In this document: positions 37,519 through 46,004 of the stretch, piece by piece
How the letters are laid out: every line of letters starts with the position of its first letter
How positions within the stretch are numbered: the stretch's first letter is position 1
From: a virus
Lineage: Duplodnaviria > Caudoviricetes
Direction: 5' to 3' (one strand)
Length of the DNA stretch: 64,000 nucleotides
IMG/VR virus record: IMGVR_UViG_3300037478_000510
Coordinates: 4,092-68,091 of that record
The notes under the pieces: generated by a model
Database searches by the model: none
Told to the model about the DNA's origin: nothing
What the model saw: only the letters and a program-made list of their open reading frames with translations
Made by a program: the position numbers and the translations under genes

Positions 37519-38634
37519 CTAACCCACCAGCGGCAGCAATTCATGATGCTGGCTGATAAATTCCACGGCCGCCGAATCGGTGATGATCCAGCCCTGTACC
37601 GCTGCTTTACGCAACAACTTGGCGGCCATCGGCACGCGCAGGTCGGTGCGCAAGCGCAGGATGTAATGCAGGACCGCCGTTGCCGAATGATGGTCGCGCA
37701 CTTCCGCCATGGCAATGTTGGCGGCGATCATCTGGAAGCCGGTTTGTTCGGGCACGGTCGCATTCAATGGGTCGCGCAAAATTTCATCGGCACTCGGCAC
37801 CTGGTCCCGTTGGGCGATCCATTGGGCCAGGGTGCGGGCGGCAGCGGCGCCAATATTCGCGGCCAGCATGCGTTCCATGAGCGGCGGCACAAAGCCCTGG
37901 AACTCCGCTGAGGCCATGAAGGCGTTCAGGTGGTGGCTGGCTTCCTCCAGTGAGCGCGGGGTGCAATAGGGGCCATCCTCGATGGGCACGCGATCGGCGA
38001 AAAAGCCGTTGTCTGCTTGCGCAACCGCACACTCGATGACGACGGGATTACATCCGTTCTCCTGCCACCAACGGGCCAGCCCAGCCACATCCTGAATGAT
38101 GTTGAACACCATGGCCCGGTTGGTCAAGTGGGCCATCAGGCGGCTTGAACCGGCCTTGTCGGCGGCCCGGTTACCGGTGCCGATGACGATCCAGCCATCC
38201 GGCAGCTTGTGGCCACCGATGGCATGCTCACGCGGGTCGAAGCTATCGGCACACACCTTCTGCTCCGGGTCGCGGGCAGCGGCGATTTCATCCCACAAGA
38301 GGATGCCGTAGGGTGAGCCGGTGCGTTCAATAGCCTTGATGACCGGCGACATACTGAAGGCGGTGAACACCTCGCCGTCGTCGTCGCGGCTGGGCAGCGC
38401 CACGCCTGCGATCTCGGCGGCATCGCGACGGGCCGGTTTCTCGATCAGGATGGCCACCTCATCGGCGTCCAAACCCAGCGATCCGGCATACAGGGCGCGC
38501 AGTTGGTGAACGATGTAGCTGGTTTTCCCGCTGCCCGGTGCGCCCAGCAGAATGGTTGGCTGCCATCTACCGGCTGACAAGTTGGTTCGAAACACGAAGT
38601 CCAGCTCGTGCAAAGTGATGTTTACGTGTGCCAT
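37519..38634 (-). CDS. MoxR-like AAA+ ATPase
   Basis: Walker A GAPGSGKT, Walker B ILLWDE, IGTGNRAADK, H..NR, TPRS. Confidence 0.85.
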   Translation of the reverse strand: MAHVNITLHELDFVFRTNLSAGRWQPTILLGAPGSGKTSYIVHQLRALYAGSLGLDADEVAILIEKPARRDAAEIAGVALPSRDDDGEVFTAFSMSPVIKAIERTGSPYGILLWDEIAAARDPEQKVCADSFDPREHAIGGHKLPDGWIVIGTGNRAADKAGSSRLMAHLTNRAMVFNIIQDVAGLARWWQENGCNPVVIECAVAQADNGFFADRVPIEDGPYCTPRSLEEASHHLNAFMASAEFQGFVPPLMERMLAANIGAAAARTLAQWIAQRDQVPSADEILRDPLNATVPEQTGFQMIAANIAMAEVRDHHSATAVLHYILRLRTDLRVPMAAKLLRKAAVQGWIITDSAAVEFISQHHELLPLVG

Positions 38635-38726
38635 GTGATACTCCTGACATGTTGAATGTTAGATGCCGCGCAGGCGGCGCACGATACCCACGCCGCACAG
38701 CACCGCGATGGTCCAGCAGAAGAGGG

Positions 38727-39740
38727 TCATAACAGGTCCCCCAGCAGGCCGCCAACGATAACCTTGCCCTTACCCTTGCCTTTGGGCTTCGCTGCGGCCT
38801 TGGCGTCCTTGGTGGCGGTTTTCTGCAGGTCCTTGATGCCCTTCACCACGGTTCGAGCGGCCTTCACCGATTCCTTGCGGATTTCCGGTGAATTCCTCCA
38901 GACTTCGGTGTCCTTGACGCTGGCGATTTTCGCATCGATCAGATCGGCCAATGCCAGTAGCGCGGGGTCGCGGTCATAGGATTCGGTCATCTCGCGCAGC
39001 ATGCGGGCCACCCGCTTGCTGTTCTCGATCAAGGACGGAAACAGGCGTTCGCCTTTTTCCAACTGCTTAACCACGGTGTCCATCTGCGCACGGGCGGCAT
39101 CCATCGCGGCGGCTTTCGCCCCGGTCAGTTGATCGGCCAGCAGGGCGGCGTTGGCGTCGGCAATCTGCCCGGCCAGGTCGGCAGGCAATGCGCCCAGCTT
39201 GGACAGGTCCACCGCAGGCAGCGGCGCCGGGGGCGTGATGCGGATGTAGAAGGCATCCTTGAAGGCGGCCTTGCTCGGGTATTTCATGTGCTCCGAGACC
39301 CGGACCCCCGACTTGCGCACGTTGTGGTCGGCGGCTTTGCGCCCGGCTTCGCAATAGGTGTCGAAGTGGGGCATGAAGGCGGCCATGGCCGCGTCGGCTC
39401 GATCCACCAGGGCGGCGACATCCTTGAGGAACTGCGGCAGCCGGGACACCGGCACAATGCGCCGGGTACTGCCGGTCATGGGCAGGGTGTTCTCATAGAT
39501 GTAGGTCCGCACCTTGTTGCGCGGCGCGACGACCTGCAAGTTGAAATCGGCTTGATGCGGGCCGAACAGGCCGAAGGTCAAGTCGGTGCCTTCCAGCACC
39601 TCGCCCTGAGCGGCCAATTTGCCCAGAATATCGGAACGCACCGCGCCGGAAATCTTGCACACCATCGACTTTTTCCCGATGGAAACATCGATGGTCATGA
39701 GATTCGCGGCAGCGGTCTCGACGAACTTTCGTGTTGACAC
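38727..39740 (-). CDS. helical protein associated with the MoxR-VWA pair
   Basis: 337 aa directly upstream of the ATPase; YP....FK..F motif; family assignment (DUF3150-like) is a guess. Confidence 0.65.
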   Translation of the reverse strand: MSTRKFVETAAANLMTIDVSIGKKSMVCKISGAVRSDILGKLAAQGEVLEGTDLTFGLFGPHQADFNLQVVAPRNKVRTYIYENTLPMTGSTRRIVPVSRLPQFLKDVAALVDRADAAMAAFMPHFDTYCEAGRKAADHNVRKSGVRVSEHMKYPSKAAFKDAFYIRITPPAPLPAVDLSKLGALPADLAGQIADANAALLADQLTGAKAAAMDAARAQMDTVVKQLEKGERLFPSLIENSKRVARMLREMTESYDRDPALLALADLIDAKIASVKDTEVWRNSPEIRKESVKAARTVVKGIKDLQKTATKDAKAAAKPKGKGKGKVIVGGLLGDLL

Positions 39741-39858
39741 GGCATGAACTCCTGATTGCGTCCTGTCTCTTCAGTGCCGGGTGGACGAGGGTCCGGCAGA
39801 CCCCGGCGGACCGGGGTTTCGACGGGTGGCGACGAGATTACGCGGATGGCAGGCACCA

Positions 39859-40143
39859 TCAATAAAACACAATACGGTCGATGTGGACCGAATCCCACGG
39901 CATATCGGCCGCATCTTCTGCATCGCCTTCAGCGCCTGAAAACAGGTAGTACACGACACATGGCATGCCTTGGTAGGTGCCACGTTCAGCCCATTCCTGC
40001 GGGTCAAGCGCGCTGTCAGAGCCGGGTAACGGGCGATTAGTTGGGTAGGCTGCAACGTTGGGCCGGAATGCATCGCTGATTTCGCGGATGGTGTCCGGGT
40101 CGGTAATGATGGCTCCTTCATAGCGAGAGCGAGTATGCATAAC
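39859..40143 (-). CDS. hypothetical protein
   Basis: GAGGAG RBS. Confidence 0.55.
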   Translation of the reverse strand, partial: VMHTRSRYEGAIITDPDTIREISDAFRPNVAAYPTNRPLPGSDSALDPQEWAERGTYQGMPCVVYYLFSGAEGDAEDAADMPWDSVHIDRIVFY

Positions 40144-40150
40144 AGTCTCC

Positions 40151-40243
40151 TCAGTGGGTAAGAATGTAGGCCACGGCAAAGGCGATGCCGAAGCCTGCGA
40201 ATACGGCCAGGTAGGCCAGATTCCAGAATTTGCGCTGGCTCAT
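40151..40243 (-). CDS. 30-aa membrane peptide (not in the ORF track)
   Basis: MSQRKFWNLAYLAVFAGFGIAFAVAYILTH; ATGA coupling. Confidence 0.5.
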   Translation of the reverse strand: MSQRKFWNLAYLAVFAGFGIAFAVAYILTH

Positions 40244-40524
40244 AGCGTTTTCCCGAACTCAATGCCGCTCAGGTAGGCGTGCATCTGTTCATACAGGCGA
40301 CGGGCCGGGATGTGACCCATGGACAGCGGGGTTGTTACTCCGCCACCGTCATTGACGATGCGGTGCAGGCAAAAGCCGCCATAGGCGCCGGAGACGTAGA
40401 AGTTGCCGATGTTGGCGCGCGGACCTTCGGCGGTCGGCGTCCACGGTTGCGGCGGGCTATTGGTGGCAATGTTCAGCAGGTCCGCGAGCGCTTCCAGTTG
40501 TTTTCGAGTGATACGGTCAGACAT
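40240..40524 (-). CDS. conserved phage hypothetical protein (first early gene)
   Basis: AAGGAG RBS; RIT.K.L...N......GN....AYGG..L.......GG...G...R.LY pattern. Confidence 0.7.
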   Translation of the reverse strand: MSDRITRKQLEALADLLNIATNSPPQPWTPTAEGPRANIGNFYVSGAYGGFCLHRIVNDGGGVTTPLSMGHIPARRLYEQMHAYLSGIEFGKTL

Positions 40525-41090
40525 GTGATACTCCTTACGGGTTGAATGGACAGCGGTAAACCGATGGGCTTGCCTGCTGGGCACTCAAGGGGGCGGCTAC
40601 ACGGCTCTGTCTGTCCGGGCACTTATCAGCCCCCTGATCCGGCACGTTCGACGCCCCGCCGGTTTGGGGTGCTCACTCGTTGGTGGTCGCTATCGGTGCA
40701 GCCTTCTAGCCGTCCCAGTCGCGTACTGTGACAGGCTGCAGAATCCCTACGCCCGGATGGCTAGTCCGGAGACCGCTTTGTCATGCGGTCCGCTTGCGTG
40801 CCGAACCTTCACCGGGAACTGTGCCGCTACTGAAGCCCACAAGGGGCAGCGCTGGCAGATCGGGGATGAACGATTGACCGATTCAGGTCCGAGTCCATGT
40901 GCCGTGCGTTCGCGCCTTTCGCGTCCAACACGGTCCCCGTCAGGGATCGACGGCCACACCTCCAATGGCGTTCCCGGCTGCCGTCGCGGCGCTGGTACTG
41001 GCTGGAGCCTTTCGACCTTTCGGTCAGGAGGGGCATCCCCTGCAGGCTTTGGTGAGCCGGTCCTCGTTGCCCGGCGTGCTGTGGTAGCCA
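40525..41090 (-). ncRNA. candidate long structured leader/ncRNA
   Basis: No convincing ORF; multiple nested stems (see findings); lies downstream of a sigma70 promoter. Confidence 0.35.
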
Positions 41091-41097
41091 CGAGCCA

Positions 41098-41125
41098 AGC
41101 ATAGGTGATTGCGTGATCCTGTCAA
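41098..41125 (-). promoter_or_regulatory. leftward early sigma70-type promoter
   Basis: TTGACA (41125-20), 16-nt spacer, TATGCT (41103-098). Confidence 0.6.
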
Positions 41126-41181
41126 CATGTCATAACGACGAGCGGTAGCAAAAGCGGGCTGAAGCGAAGGTTGCGCACAGG

Positions 41182-41190
41182 TTATCCACA
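41182..41190 (+). promoter_or_regulatory. DnaA box
   Basis: Exact TTATCCACA, intergenic. Confidence 0.55.
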
Positions 41191-41266
41191 GGCTGCAGCC
41201 TGTTGCCGACATGTTCGGGGCAAGGTAGGATGATGCTACCGGCAAGGGTTAGGAGTAAATCGAAGG

Positions 41267-41764
41267 ATGACACCGAAACAGGAAGCGTTCGCACGGGCTG
41301 TAGCGACCGGTAAGGTGTCACTGGCCGAAGCCTACCGCAGCGCGTATACCACAGGGAATATGGCAGCGGCTACCGTGAGGAATGAAGCCTGTAAATTGAT
41401 GGCGCGCCGCGATGTCACCGCTATGGTGATGCAGTTGAAGGAAGAAGCGGAGCGCGCGGTAGTGGCCTCTGCCCTGTCTGAGACGGACTACGTTCGCCAG
41501 CGGTTGAAGCATTTTGCCGAGCACGCAACGCCTGCAGATGCCCAGAAAATCAGAGCTACGGAGCTACTTGGAAAGACTCAGGGCATGTTCAAGGATGTGG
41601 TCCTTGGTGACCCTGACGACGCCAAGGACGCCAAGCAAATCCGTGCCGAGATGGCTGCCGTCCTGGCGAAGCTGGAGCATGCGGAAGCCACCAAGGATGA
41701 ACGTGTAGACCCCGCTCTGATTACTGCTGAACATGTCAACGAGAACGACAAGCACCTGAATTGA
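41267..41764 (+). CDS. terS: terminase small subunit
   Basis: MTPKQEAFARAVA.G.S.AEAYR.AY...A.KL...V...ATELLGK..GMF pattern. Confidence 0.85.
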   Translation: MTPKQEAFARAVATGKVSLAEAYRSAYTTGNMAAATVRNEACKLMARRDVTAMVMQLKEEAERAVVASALSETDYVRQRLKHFAEHATPADAQKIRATELLGKTQGMFKDVVLGDPDDAKDAKQIRAEMAAVLAKLEHAEATKDERVDPALITAEHVNENDKHLN

Positions 41765-41848
41765 CCCCTTTCACTGTACGCATATCAGGTACCCCTCAGG
41801 TGCCTGATCGTAAGCCATTGATATCATGTGATATCGTTAGTATGTCAT

Positions 41849-41876
41849 TGTGCCCATAATAACCATTATGTTAAAT
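41849..41876 (+). other. dif-like XerC/XerD recombination site
   Basis: TGTGCCCATAA-TAACCA-TTATGTTAAAT: XerD arm identical to E. coli dif, XerC arm 9/11, 6-bp spacer. Confidence 0.8.
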
Positions 41877-42454
41877 GGTGAGCGTGAGACCGTATAAGTA
41901 TGACAATTGAGTCAGCCTGTCCATACACGAACTGTGATTCATGTATTGCGATTCACGAATTGACGATAGTCCAGGTGGAACGCTGCGGGCTATCGTGAGC
42001 AGGCTACCGGGCCGCCCTTGCGGCAGGCTGCCGATGGTCTGAGCGCCACGGTCTGTGGGTGGTGTCCGGCGTTGGGCCAGAGCGTTTCCGGAGGGAGGGG
42101 GAGACCCCCTTTCGTGCCTGGGACTCCTGCCTACTATGAATAGTATCCCACAGCCGTAATCAGCAAGTTTTCACATCGTATAATCTGGTAATCGGATGAT
42201 TTTGTATTACACACTCGATCGTCTTTCCAGAAATTTTCCAAAAAAATTCTCCATAAAATTTCCCACTGATTTTCTCATTAAATCACCTGATGACTTAATC
42301 AGAAATCGTTCCAGGGATGGACGATGTATGCGAAGCATGGGGGGGCCTGGGGGCGGCGCCGCACGCCGTCTTTTTGGCGTGCAAGCCACTCCCCCAGCGT
42401 ACCAACGAAGGACCCCTTCACATAAAAAATAGGCTCTTTTTTGTCCGCAAAGCC

Positions 42455-42474
42455 TGTGGATAACCTGTGGATAA
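42455..42474 (-). promoter_or_regulatory. two tandem DnaA boxes
   Basis: TGTGGATAA at 42455-63 and 42466-74 (reverse complement of TTATCCACA), 11-bp period. Confidence 0.7.
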
Positions 42475-43071
42475 CTTTTTTCGAGTTACCGTTTATCTGG
42501 AAATCACTACCGTTCGTCTGATTTCTCTCGACCATTTTCCGATTTTTTGGCATCTTTCTTGCCATCTTTCTGAAGCTTTCTTCCTGAGTCAGACAGGCTT
42601 TCGTTAAGAATCGTTCCTGACGAATCAGAAAGTAGCCCCTCCCGCTTCGCTTCGGGGCAGCGGGAGGGAAACGAGTCTGAAAGCCTGCGTCACATGTCTC
42701 TCGTAAGTATCTATCGAAAGCTTTCAATACGCGCGCGGATTATCTACTTAAGTAGCACGATTCATGCCAATCGCCCATTTTCCCTGGGCGCGCTCTTCTG
42801 AATTTCCCCTGCTGGCACAGCGTTTGCATCCGTGATGGCGGTATTGCATAGATTGTGTGATTGAGTTATTCTGTCTGTAAGGTCGCGCAGGCATGCAAAA
42901 CGGGAAGCGCTCCAGGGACGGACGCTGTACGCCGTAGGCACCTCCTCCAGCTTCGGCTGGCAAATCCTGCGATGTGGCTTCGCCATACAGCGCACATCCC
43001 TGTGGCGCTTTCTGATGAGGTCAGGGTGTGGATGCGACCTTTTTTATTCATTCATTCGGAGGTAAAACCCG

Positions 43072-43572
43072 ATGGGCAAGGCAACCGTATTTATAGCAAA
43101 CACCCAGCGTGTGGTAGAGGCCCTGAACCCATGCCTCAATGAGGGGCATCGCGCTTATGCGGTTGGGCAGGCGAAGGCTGGAGCACGATTCGAGCGCATC
43201 GTGGTGTTGGCGGACCTTCGGGGGCGGCAGGCGCGCGAATGGTTCAACCATTTTCAGCTTTGCTTGGCACCCAACGGCTCGATTGTGCATGATCAAAATG
43301 GTCAACTTCCTTGGAGTAAAACCCAAATGGACAGCCAGCAGATCATCAGCAACATCGAAACCTTGATCAACAAGGCCGCCAAGGCCCAGGACGCCACCGA
43401 CGCGATGAAGTTCGCCCAGGCCGCGCTGAATGCGGCACAGGCCCTACCGATTCTGCTCGCTATTCATGACGCGCCGCAGGCCACAAACGCGCAGGACTCG
43501 TTCGAGGAGGCGCTGACGGCTATGCAGGCGCCAGCGTACCCGCAGGCCCCATACCATCTGGGGAGATTGTGA
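43072..43572 (+). CDS. hypothetical protein (possible second internal start at 43327)
   Basis: GGAGG RBS; a second GGAG precedes MDSQQII. Confidence 0.55.
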   Translation: MGKATVFIANTQRVVEALNPCLNEGHRAYAVGQAKAGARFERIVVLADLRGRQAREWFNHFQLCLAPNGSIVHDQNGQLPWSKTQMDSQQIISNIETLINKAAKAQDATDAMKFAQAALNAAQALPILLAIHDAPQATNAQDSFEEALTAMQAPAYPQAPYHLGRL

Positions 43573-43778
43573 AGGGTACGCACTATTTGGTGCGGCGCTC
43601 CCAGGCCCGCTGGACCTATGAATGGCCGTGGCAGTTGGGGTGGCGCCCAGGCTGGTTGTTCAGTAGGTGGCAGGGGCGGTTACCGAACCTGCAGGGCAAG
43701 CCGGTCGACCACCATGGTTTTCGCCTGCTGGGCCTGCGCCATGATTCATGGATCGTGTTCGAACCCCACCCTTCCTGA
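43569..43778 (+). CDS. Trp/Arg-rich hypothetical protein
   Basis: GTGA coupling. Confidence 0.4.
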   Translation: MKGTHYLVRRSQARWTYEWPWQLGWRPGWLFSRWQGRLPNLQGKPVDHHGFRLLGLRHDSWIVFEPHPS

Positions 43779-43857
43779 CATGTCCCGAATTACAGGATGA
43801 CCGCTTGACTTAGTCACCCGATCATGCTTTACTCTGTGGGTTATTGAGGAGACCGCT

Positions 43858-44027
43858 ATGGAGAAGGACAACGTCATGATCCGTGAGCTGTGCTGCGGCA
43901 GATTGTCGAGGCGCTGTACCTCCTGGCCTACGATATCCGCTTCAAGAAGGATATCAAACAGGCCGAAAATGCGGTCTGTGCGCTGCATGATGCCCTGCGT
44001 GAGCGGATCGAGAAACTGGAATCTTAG
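43858..44027 (+). pseudogene. small gene with an apparent 1-nt frameshift at ~43886 (or sequencing error)
   Basis: GAGGAG-ATG MEKDNVMIRE continues naturally as AVLRQIVEALYLLAYDIRFKK...KLES* in another frame that ends before the next RBS. Confidence 0.45.
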
Positions 44028-44038
44028 AGGAGACCGAG

Positions 44039-44287
44039 ATGAATGAGAAAACCAACGAACGGATCGAAGCCGAGAAGGCGGCTGTCAACAGCATGCGCGG
44101 CTCTGTGGTGGCCATGCGCAAGACCCTGGATCGGGTGGAGGCCCTGGAAGAGGCGCTAAATTCCCTGATCAGCCGGATGGAGAGCATGAAGCACTACATC
44201 CCTGAATCCGCCTACAGATACAACAGCAGCATACGGGCGCACGAAGAGTTCGAAGGGGCGCTGGCTAAGGCGCGGAAAGTGCTGTGA
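44039..44287 (+). CDS. hypothetical coiled-coil protein
   Basis: AGGAG RBS. Confidence 0.6.
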   Translation: MNEKTNERIEAEKAAVNSMRGSVVAMRKTLDRVEALEEALNSLISRMESMKHYIPESAYRYNSSIRAHEEFEGALAKARKVL

Positions 44288-44393
44288 TCGAGCCGACGAA
44301 ATTCGACGCTGAGATTGAGGCGCTGGAGGCCACACCAAGCTGACCCCGCACCGCCATCGTCAGATCGCTTCACGGCCCGGTTACGACTTCTGG

Positions 44394-44624
44394 TTGCTGC
44401 ACCACGCCGGGCATACCGAGTACATCGGTCGCCACAGCGGTAATGCTCACTGTCCGCAGTCATTCCGCCTGTACGACTTGAGTAATTTGGGGCTGACCGA
44501 AAGCGACTTGGCTTACGGAGATGGCGCGATCATGATGTGGGAAGGCGGCCGCTGGAACGGTTGGCGTGAAGCTGAGTTACGGCAGGCCATCGAACACTAT
44601 ATTCACAACGGGAGAAAGAAATGA
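44394..44624 (+). CDS. hypothetical protein (start uncertain)
   Basis: Stop coupled to the next ATG. Confidence 0.4.
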   Translation: MLHHAGHTEYIGRHSGNAHCPQSFRLYDLSNLGLTESDLAYGDGAIMMWEGGRWNGWREAELRQAIEHYIHNGRKK

Positions 44625-44959
44625 GTCAACATTATGTGGAACCAGAGGCGCAGCAGGCGTATCAGGTGGGTGACGCTGTAGGTCGTGGCAAAGTCCTTGG
44701 ACCGGCCAGCAAGAGCACCACGTTCGACAACCTGACGCATCAGATCAACGATGAATTGGATGCCTGCGAAAAGACTCTCGCGCACCTGATGCAGACACTG
44801 CAACCGGTGCTGATGAATGAGTCGGACGAGAAAACGCCTCCGCCAGGGCCTGAAGGCGCCATGCTGACGGAGCAGTTGCGGAACATGCGCCACCTACTGG
44901 GCCGGGTGACGGATTTTCGGCGCAGGCTGGATGGGCTGTCCGGGCGGGTGACGCTGTGA
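44621..44959 (+). CDS. hypothetical protein
   Basis: GGAG RBS; coupled genes. Confidence 0.6.
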   Translation: MSQHYVEPEAQQAYQVGDAVGRGKVLGPASKSTTFDNLTHQINDELDACEKTLAHLMQTLQPVLMNESDEKTPPPGPEGAMLTEQLRNMRHLLGRVTDFRRRLDGLSGRVTL

Positions 44960-45189
44960 GCCGTGGCTTGGTGTGGTGCATCAGCAAGGTGCATGAGGTG
45001 GCGCTCGATTTGCGTGAGCCGCAGGCGGGTTCCAGCCTGGAGCATCAGGCGAAGAAGCTGGACGAGGTGGTCGAATCGCTGGAGTCGATCAACGACAAGC
45101 TGAATGAACTCTTCGACAAGGTCACCAGCAACGCCCTGATGGATCTCAGAAATAAAGCCATCATGAACGTCCATGGTACTGACGTATGA
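44956..45189 (+). CDS. hypothetical coiled-coil protein
   Basis: GTGA coupling. Confidence 0.5.
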   Translation: MSRGLVWCISKVHEVALDLREPQAGSSLEHQAKKLDEVVESLESINDKLNELFDKVTSNALMDLRNKAIMNVHGTDV

Positions 45190-45392
45190 TCGTCGGCATG
45201 CGTGATTTCTCGCTGGAGTACAACCGGCTGCTGCAGGCGGTCAGCCGCCTCACTGGCGAAGAATTCACCCCGATCAACGCGGGCGAGGTGGCTGGCGATT
45301 GCACCGGCGACACCATCGCGGAAGCCGCCGTCAAGGCCCTGAGCAACCGGCTGAAGCTGGAGCAATACCTGCTCATGCAGGGGCGCCTCTGA
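45186..45392 (+). CDS. hypothetical protein
   Basis: ATGA coupling. Confidence 0.55.
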   Translation: MIVGMRDFSLEYNRLLQAVSRLTGEEFTPINAGEVAGDCTGDTIAEAAVKALSNRLKLEQYLLMQGRL

Positions 45393-45418
45393 TGCTATGA
45401 TTGACATGTCTGTGCTAT

Positions 45419-45514
45419 AGTTCGCTTGAATGACCCTGCTCAAGCAGGTCTCCTCACCGCACCGGGCACCCCCCACATACCGTCCGGTGTTGAGCAGGGT
45501 CACTCAAGCGAACT
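45419..45514 (+). repeat. 25-bp inverted repeat (1 mismatch) with a branched loop, between an extended -10 and an RBS
   Basis: 45419-45443 pairs with 45490-45514; inner CACCGG/CCGGTG stem; TG-C-TATAGT at 45413-21. Confidence 0.75.
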
Positions 45515-45524
45515 GGAGGTGGAC

Positions 45525-45671
45525 ATGGCGATGGGTTTCATTGATGTGGCGGTACCCTTCATCGTACTGACTCTGTTCCTGCTGTTCCTGTGCCACCAAC
45601 GGCTGGCCAAAAAGGACGGCAAAACCTTCTACACGCGCTACTTCGGCTGGATCGCCCGTGAAAGCGAGTGA
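45525..45671 (+). CDS. 48-aa single-pass membrane protein
   Basis: GGAGGT RBS; hydrophobic helix followed by a basic tail. Confidence 0.6.
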   Translation: MAMGFIDVAVPFIVLTLFLLFLCHQRLAKKDGKTFYTRYFGWIARESE

Positions 45672-45753
45672 GCAGGTTCGCTACTGCCTGCTGGGCTTGC
45701 TGATCGGGATGGCCCTGGCTCTGCTGACGCTGGTGGGTTGGCTCAACCGATGA
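45658..45753 (+). CDS. 31-aa membrane peptide (not in the ORF track)
   Basis: MKASEQVRYCLLGLLIGMALALLTLVGWLNR; TGA overlaps the next ATG. Confidence 0.4.
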   Translation: MKASEQVRYCLLGLLIGMALALLTLVGWLNR

Positions 45754-46004
45754 GTCGGCGCGGCACCATTCGTATTCCAGCGATGCAGTGGGCTGAAGAA
45801 GGCATGTCGAACCTCAAGCGGGCCTTGCGCAAGGTGGGGTTCCATGAGATCAGGTTGATTTCGACGTACAACGATCACACGGTCCTCATTCATGGTGAGT
45901 GTGACCAGTTCCCTGACACCGATGGCCCACCCCCCGAATATATCCTGCAGAAAATAGGTGAGGAGTACCTGATCGTCGGACCGCGTGCGACTGCCGTCGG
46001 TTGA
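45750..46004 (+). CDS. hypothetical protein
   Basis: ATGA coupling; overlaps the terL start. Confidence 0.55.
   Translation: MSRRGTIRIPAMQWAEEGMSNLKRALRKVGFHEIRLISTYNDHTVLIHGECDQFPDTDGPPPEYILQKIGEEYLIVGPRATAVG

Noticed and set aside
42196-43051. ORFs in the AT-rich control region (e.g. 42299-42727)
   Set aside because: Atypical composition, no RBS or motifs; they overlap the DnaA boxes and repeats.
43755-43775. tRNA-like GTTCGAACCCC
   Set aside because: No T-stem pairing or cloverleaf; lies inside an ORF.
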